From: a virus
Length of the DNA stretch: 64,000 bases
IMG/VR virus record: IMGVR_UViG_3300008267_000007
Span: 47,095 to 111,094 of that record
Reading direction: 5' to 3' (one strand)
Below are positions 59,844 to 64,000 of the stretch, piece by piece. The notes beneath the pieces were generated by a model. The model searched no databases, was not told where the DNA came from, and saw only the letters and a list, made by a program, of their open reading frames with translations. A program made the translations under genes and the position numbers. Each line of letters starts with the position of its first letter. Positions within the stretch are counted from its first letter, which is position 1.

Positions 59844-61931
59844 ATGGGAATTAGAATAACAAGTACATCAGGAGGAGGTTCATTTAAAGTAAGAAATCAA
59901 GGTAGTGGAGGAACTTTTAAAGCAACTGGGAATACAGGAACTAATGAAGTTTCAGATTGGATAAGACCTTCAGATTGGTTAGAAATGCCTACAGTAGGTA
60001 CTCAAGAGTTTATAGGATTATTAGCAATTACAGATGATGAGGTGAATCATATAGCATTACTATGTAGAGGTGCTTATACAGTAGATTGGGGTGATGGTGT
60101 TGTGGAAAACTTTGTAGATAACGTAAAGGCTAACCACTCATACACTTATTCAGCAATAAGCAACTCAACAATAAGTTCAAGAGGATACAAACAAGTAATA
60201 GTTAGAGTTACACCACAAGCTGGTCAAAATTTAACAACAGTAAACCTACAACAACAAAATAGTATTTTAGCTAGAACTCATACTGTGGGGTGGTTAGATA
60301 TTTCCGTAAATGGTTCGAATATTACCACACTATCTTTAGGTGGTAGCACTATTAGACTGGGAATATGCGAAAGAGTTAATATAGGGAGTATTGGTGTAAT
60401 TACAAATTTTAATAATTTCTTTTGGCAATGTCATTCACTACAATCAGTATCCCTATTCAATACATCTGCTGGAACTAATTTTTCTCAAATGTTTAGAGAT
60501 TGTTATATGTTAAAATCAATACCTTTATTTGTAACATCTGCTGGAACTAATTTTTCGTCGATGTTTCATGATTGTCGATTATTAAATACAATTCCTTTAT
60601 TAAACACAGCGATAGGGACTAATTTTTCGTCGATGTTTCAAAATTGTCGCTCATTACAAACAATACCATTAATTAATACTATTTTAGGGAATAATTTTGC
60701 AACGATGTTTTCGGGTTGCAATAGTCTTAGTTCAATACCGTTAATCAATACTCAAGCAGGTCTAACTTTTGATACTATGTTTGGAGAGTGTTCTTCATTA
60801 CAAACTATACCTTTACTAAATACAGCAGCGGGAACTAATTTTTATAATATGTTTGTATCTTGCACAAACTTAACTACAATACCACTTTTAAATACATCTG
60901 CTGCTACAACTGTTCAAAGAATGTTCTTGTATTGTAATTCAATTCAAGAAATACCAAACTTAAATACAGCAGCATCAACAAACTTTGCAGATATTTTTGC
61001 AAACTGTTATTCTGTTGCTAAAGGAGCACTTCAAGGAACACGATATTCTATAAATTACGCAAATATGTGTTTAAGTAGAAATGCGGTAATAGATATATTT
61101 AACGGATTAGGAACTGCTGTAGGTACTCCAACAATAACCATTACAACTAATCCAGGATTTAATGCAAAACCCCTAAACATTGTTGGAGGTAACTGGAGAG
61201 GTGTAACTGTCCAAAGTTCATCACAAGATGTTTATATTTCTAATGTAACTACTGGATATATTCATAAACAGACAGGTGGTGTAGGTCCATTTGTGATTGA
61301 TAATAGTCAATCCAGCTTTCTTGGTGGTATGGGTACTGACATATATGGGAATATCTATTGTGCTAGACCAGGTACAGGTACTTACTTAAAGAAAACAGGT
61401 GGTGTAGGTTCGTGGGCGACTATAAGCACAGATGTTTCAGGAATGGGTCAAATGAGTGGTGACTTTTTAGGTAACTTATATTTTGCAAGTAATGCAGGGT
61501 TGTACAAACAAACCGCTATGACAGGTTCGTCTGTTCAAGTTTATTCAGGTGTTGTACAATCATTTGTGATATCACCAATTGACGGTAGTATATATGTTAC
61601 GGATAGAGGGGCAACTGGTACGATATATAAACAAACCGCAGGGACAGGTTCATTTGTTGCTGTACAGAATCTCCCGTATTTTGGAAGTCTTCTTTGTTCA
61701 ACATCTGGAGATGTTTATGTCACTAATGGGAGTGCATTATTTAAACAAACAGCAGGAACTGGTTCATTTGTATCTATGGGAATATCAACCCCAGGAACAT
61801 TCGGTGGAGTTCAAAAAGCGGATGGAACATTATATACTGTAGACACAGATGTCTATCTAACAGACTTCAACAAAGTAGTAACACCAACAGACAGATTAAT
61901 AGCAACAAACAAAGGTTGGACCATAGCATAA
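59844..61931 (+). CDS. Adhesin-like virion protein: BspA/DUF285-type LRR plus beta-propeller-like repeats
   Basis: About nine 24-aa repeats TNFS.MF..C..L.TIPL.NT; YKQT.GTGSFV repeats. Confidence 0.78.
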   Translation: MGIRITSTSGGGSFKVRNQGSGGTFKATGNTGTNEVSDWIRPSDWLEMPTVGTQEFIGLLAITDDEVNHIALLCRGAYTVDWGDGVVENFVDNVKANHSYTYSAISNSTISSRGYKQVIVRVTPQAGQNLTTVNLQQQNSILARTHTVGWLDISVNGSNITTLSLGGSTIRLGICERVNIGSIGVITNFNNFFWQCHSLQSVSLFNTSAGTNFSQMFRDCYMLKSIPLFVTSAGTNFSSMFHDCRLLNTIPLLNTAIGTNFSSMFQNCRSLQTIPLINTILGNNFATMFSGCNSLSSIPLINTQAGLTFDTMFGECSSLQTIPLLNTAAGTNFYNMFVSCTNLTTIPLLNTSAATTVQRMFLYCNSIQEIPNLNTAASTNFADIFANCYSVAKGALQGTRYSINYANMCLSRNAVIDIFNGLGTAVGTPTITITTNPGFNAKPLNIVGGNWRGVTVQSSSQDVYISNVTTGYIHKQTGGVGPFVIDNSQSSFLGGMGTDIYGNIYCARPGTGTYLKKTGGVGSWATISTDVSGMGQMSGDFLGNLYFASNAGLYKQTAMTGSSVQVYSGVVQSFVISPIDGSIYVTDRGATGTIYKQTAGTGSFVAVQNLPYFGSLLCSTSGDVYVTNGSALFKQTAGTGSFVSMGISTPGTFGGVQKADGTLYTVDTDVYLTDFNKVVTPTDRLIATNKGWTIA

Positions 61932-61937
61932 AAAATT

Positions 61938-62105
61938 ATGATAGTAAATACAATACCTAACTTCTACATTCAAGTCATTGCAGACCCTGGTAAACAATTA
62001 GTAAGCGGAGAGACAAGAGTTAAAGAAATATCAGTTCCATTAAATGGAGATTACTCAATGTGGATTGAAGAAGACGAAATTATAGAAGATATACCTACTT
62101 CTTAG
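61938..62105 (+). CDS. 55-aa protein, possible fibre assembly partner, not in ORF track
   Basis: MIVNTIPNFYIQVIADPGKQL...W.E; follows adhesin gene. Confidence 0.65.
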   Translation: MIVNTIPNFYIQVIADPGKQLVSGETRVKEISVPLNGDYSMWIEEDEIIEDIPTS

Positions 62106-62128
62106 AATATTTATAATAAAACAATGAT

Positions 62129-63502
62129 ATGCCAAATATACTACTAAAAAGAAGTCTAACATCTGGATCACTTCCAACAACTGTCTCACTTACTGAGGGA
62201 GAGTTGGCAATGAATGTACCTGATGGAAGAATATTTTTACGAAAATCAGGAAGTGGAACAGATACAATAGAATCGGCAATAACAACTGGGGCTAAAAACT
62301 CTGGAAGTGTACAACTTACTGGTTCAATGAGCATATCAGGATCAGGAGATGTTTTAACAGCTCAAGGAGATAACATCTACTTCACAGGAAACCTAATGGA
62401 ATTCTCAGGAGATGTTTTTGAGATGACAGGAAGTGTAAAAATATTAGGTAATACCTCAATGACAGGGTCTTTGGGAGTATCAGGATCAATAACTGCTACA
62501 CAAGGAATAACTGGATCTTTATTTGGGACGGCATCTTATGCATTAAATTCAAATAGCGCTTCCTATTCTATAAGCTCATCATATGCCTTAACCGCATCCT
62601 ATGCCTTAAATGGGGGGGGTGGAGCAGCATTCCCATATACAGGATCGGCACAAATTACAGGATCATTAGGAGTAACAGGTTCAATAAATGTTACTCAAGG
62701 TATAACAGGTTCACTATTTGGAACTGCTTCGTATGCATCAAATGGGCTAAGTTCTTCTTATGCACTAAGCGCTTCTTACGCCACTACAGCATCTTATTGG
62801 AGTGGTTCAATACTAAACGCAACAAGTGCATCATATGCCTTAACTGCATCCTATGCGTTAAATGGTGGAGGTGGAGCAGCATTCCCCTATACAGGATCAG
62901 CACAAATAACAGGTTCATTAGGAATAACAGGATCGCTTTCTGTAACACAAAACATAACAGGTTCAAGAGTTTTCCTATCAGGATCAAACAGCACTGCATC
63001 AGGATCAATACTGACAGTGTATGGTTCAGGTTCAACTCAACCAATACTTACAGTACAAGGTTCACAGGGTGAATTATTCTCAATAACAGACTCACTTTCA
63101 GGATCTCTATTCTCAGTAAATGATATATCAGGTTTACCTATCCTAGAGGTATTCTCAGATGGTACAACACTATTGGGTAATTATCAAGATCCAATGTTAA
63201 TTACAACTGCAAAAAGTGTACTGACAAGCTCAGGACCATTTACACTTTACAGCATACCTACTGCATCTTACGACACAGCATTCTTCGAATACTCTGTAAG
63301 ATCTGGTTCAAATGCAAGAGCAGGACAGATCATGGCTATTCAAAGTGGTTCATCAGTAAACTATACAGAAACAACAACAACTAATTTTGGAACAACTTCA
63401 GGATTGACATTAGGAGTTTTCATTTCAGGTTCAAATATGGTATTAACAGGTTCAGCTACAACAACAGCATGGACTATTAAATCTATTATAAAAGCAATAT
63501 AA
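62129..63502 (+). CDS. Tail fibre-like protein
   Basis: N-terminal LKRS...P...L..GELA.N..DG.IF fibre motif; ASYA/TGS repeats; ~100 bp duplication 62579-62679 / 62831-62931. Confidence 0.8.
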   Translation: MPNILLKRSLTSGSLPTTVSLTEGELAMNVPDGRIFLRKSGSGTDTIESAITTGAKNSGSVQLTGSMSISGSGDVLTAQGDNIYFTGNLMEFSGDVFEMTGSVKILGNTSMTGSLGVSGSITATQGITGSLFGTASYALNSNSASYSISSSYALTASYALNGGGGAAFPYTGSAQITGSLGVTGSINVTQGITGSLFGTASYASNGLSSSYALSASYATTASYWSGSILNATSASYALTASYALNGGGGAAFPYTGSAQITGSLGITGSLSVTQNITGSRVFLSGSNSTASGSILTVYGSGSTQPILTVQGSQGELFSITDSLSGSLFSVNDISGLPILEVFSDGTTLLGNYQDPMLITTAKSVLTSSGPFTLYSIPTASYDTAFFEYSVRSGSNARAGQIMAIQSGSSVNYTETTTTNFGTTSGLTLGVFISGSNMVLTGSATTTAWTIKSIIKAI

Positions 63503-63505
63503 GTT

Positions 63506-64000
63506 ATGGCGTTTAATTTTTCACCTAAAATAGTTACAGATAGCTTAACTATGTACTTAGATGCCGCTAATACAAAATCATATGTTAGTGGTTCAACCAT
63601 TTGGAATGATATCTATACAAGAGGTCTTGTCGGTACATTAACAAACGGACCAACGTTTAGTAACGATAAACTAGGTAGTATTGTTTTTGATGGTGTGGAC
63701 GATTACGTAGACATCCTTATATCACCTATTGTTAATGATTCTTATAATAATTGGACAATAGATGTTTGGATGAAACCTGGCAATCAAGCTAGTAGGTTTA
63801 TAACACCAAATTCAAATGGTGTTGACCAATTTTTAGCATATGATAATACAAATCAAAGAGTTAATGTTCAGATTACTGAAAGTGCCGATGTTAATAACCG
63901 ATTTAGAGCTGGAACAACAGGTAGTGTTCCTATTGGTGTTTGGTCTATGGTAACGGTTTCTATTAATAATTTGAATATCAAAATTTATGTTAATGGTTTA
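63506..64000 (+). CDS. LamG/concanavalin-A-like virion protein (partial, runs off window)
   Basis: PKIVTD.L..YLDAAN.KSY, L.NGPTF, FDG.DDY, TI..W.K. Confidence 0.85.
   Translation, partial: MAFNFSPKIVTDSLTMYLDAANTKSYVSGSTIWNDIYTRGLVGTLTNGPTFSNDKLGSIVFDGVDDYVDILISPIVNDSYNNWTIDVWMKPGNQASRFITPNSNGVDQFLAYDNTNQRVNVQITESADVNNRFRAGTTGSVPIGVWSMVTVSINNLNIKIYVNGL

Larger units (their letters stand above)
9726..62114 (+). promoter_or_regulatory. Putative late promoter ATATTTAT, 16 copies just upstream of gene starts
   Basis: At 9726, 12900, 15700, 22624, 30112, 32401, 38796, 41737, 44052, 46011, 47753, 49672, 52477, 53205, 56470 and 62107, mostly upstream of virion/head genes. Confidence 0.8.

Noticed and set aside
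62129-63502. Diversity-generating retroelement (Mtd-like N-terminus, near-identical repeats)
   Set aside because: No reverse transcriptase in the window; repeat differences are mostly synonymous and not adenine-specific; both copies are coding.
1861-63600. Minus-strand and nested ORFs in the track (e.g. 1861, 4074, 4673, 23705, 34861, 50063, 62784; also + strand 8284, 51478, 61579)
   Set aside because: They overlap well-supported + strand genes or low-complexity leaders and lack motifs; treated as shadows.
1-64000. Alternative genetic code; tRNA/rRNA genes
   Set aside because: Core genes are full length under the standard code; no cloverleaf or rRNA-like segment recognised by eye (tRNAscan not run).

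Overview
64 kb of a large, very AT-rich T4-related (RM378/PAU-like gene layout) myophage genome, with all credible genes on the + strand. The host is most likely Bacteroidota. Evidence: TTTG-N19/20-TATATTYA promoters resembling the Bacteroidetes -33/-7 consensus, A-rich leaders without Shine-Dalgarno sequences, and SprB-like repeats. Layout: (1) 1-4.4 kb, an early region of tiny genes, most behind their own copy of a repeated promoter cassette (12 copies). (2) 4.4-9.7 kb, small genes, a lipoprotein, glutaredoxin, HD hydrolase and gp55-like late sigma factor. (3) 9.7-27.8 kb, a baseplate/tail-base module. (4) 27.8-42.4 kb, primase, exonucleases, FAD oxidoreductase and a P-loop kinase behind palindrome-containing promoters, interleaved with many late-promoter genes that share an amphipathic N-terminal leader ending in I/L-x-E. 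(5) 42.4-56.4 kb, terminase, portal, prohead protease, scaffold, major capsid, PhoH, neck genes and a free-standing GIY-YIG endonuclease. (6) 56.5-64 kb, fibre/adhesin genes. Most notable: a candidate capsid-targeting and protease-processed polyprotein cargo system (including an ART-like/zincin fusion); a S/T-G/A-S motif concentrated in outer virion proteins (candidate modification sequon); three promoter classes; a serine-less ACP-like mini-protein missed by the ORF track; and a split baseplate gene carrying host-type SprB repeats. All product calls come from motif recognition by eye; no searches were run.
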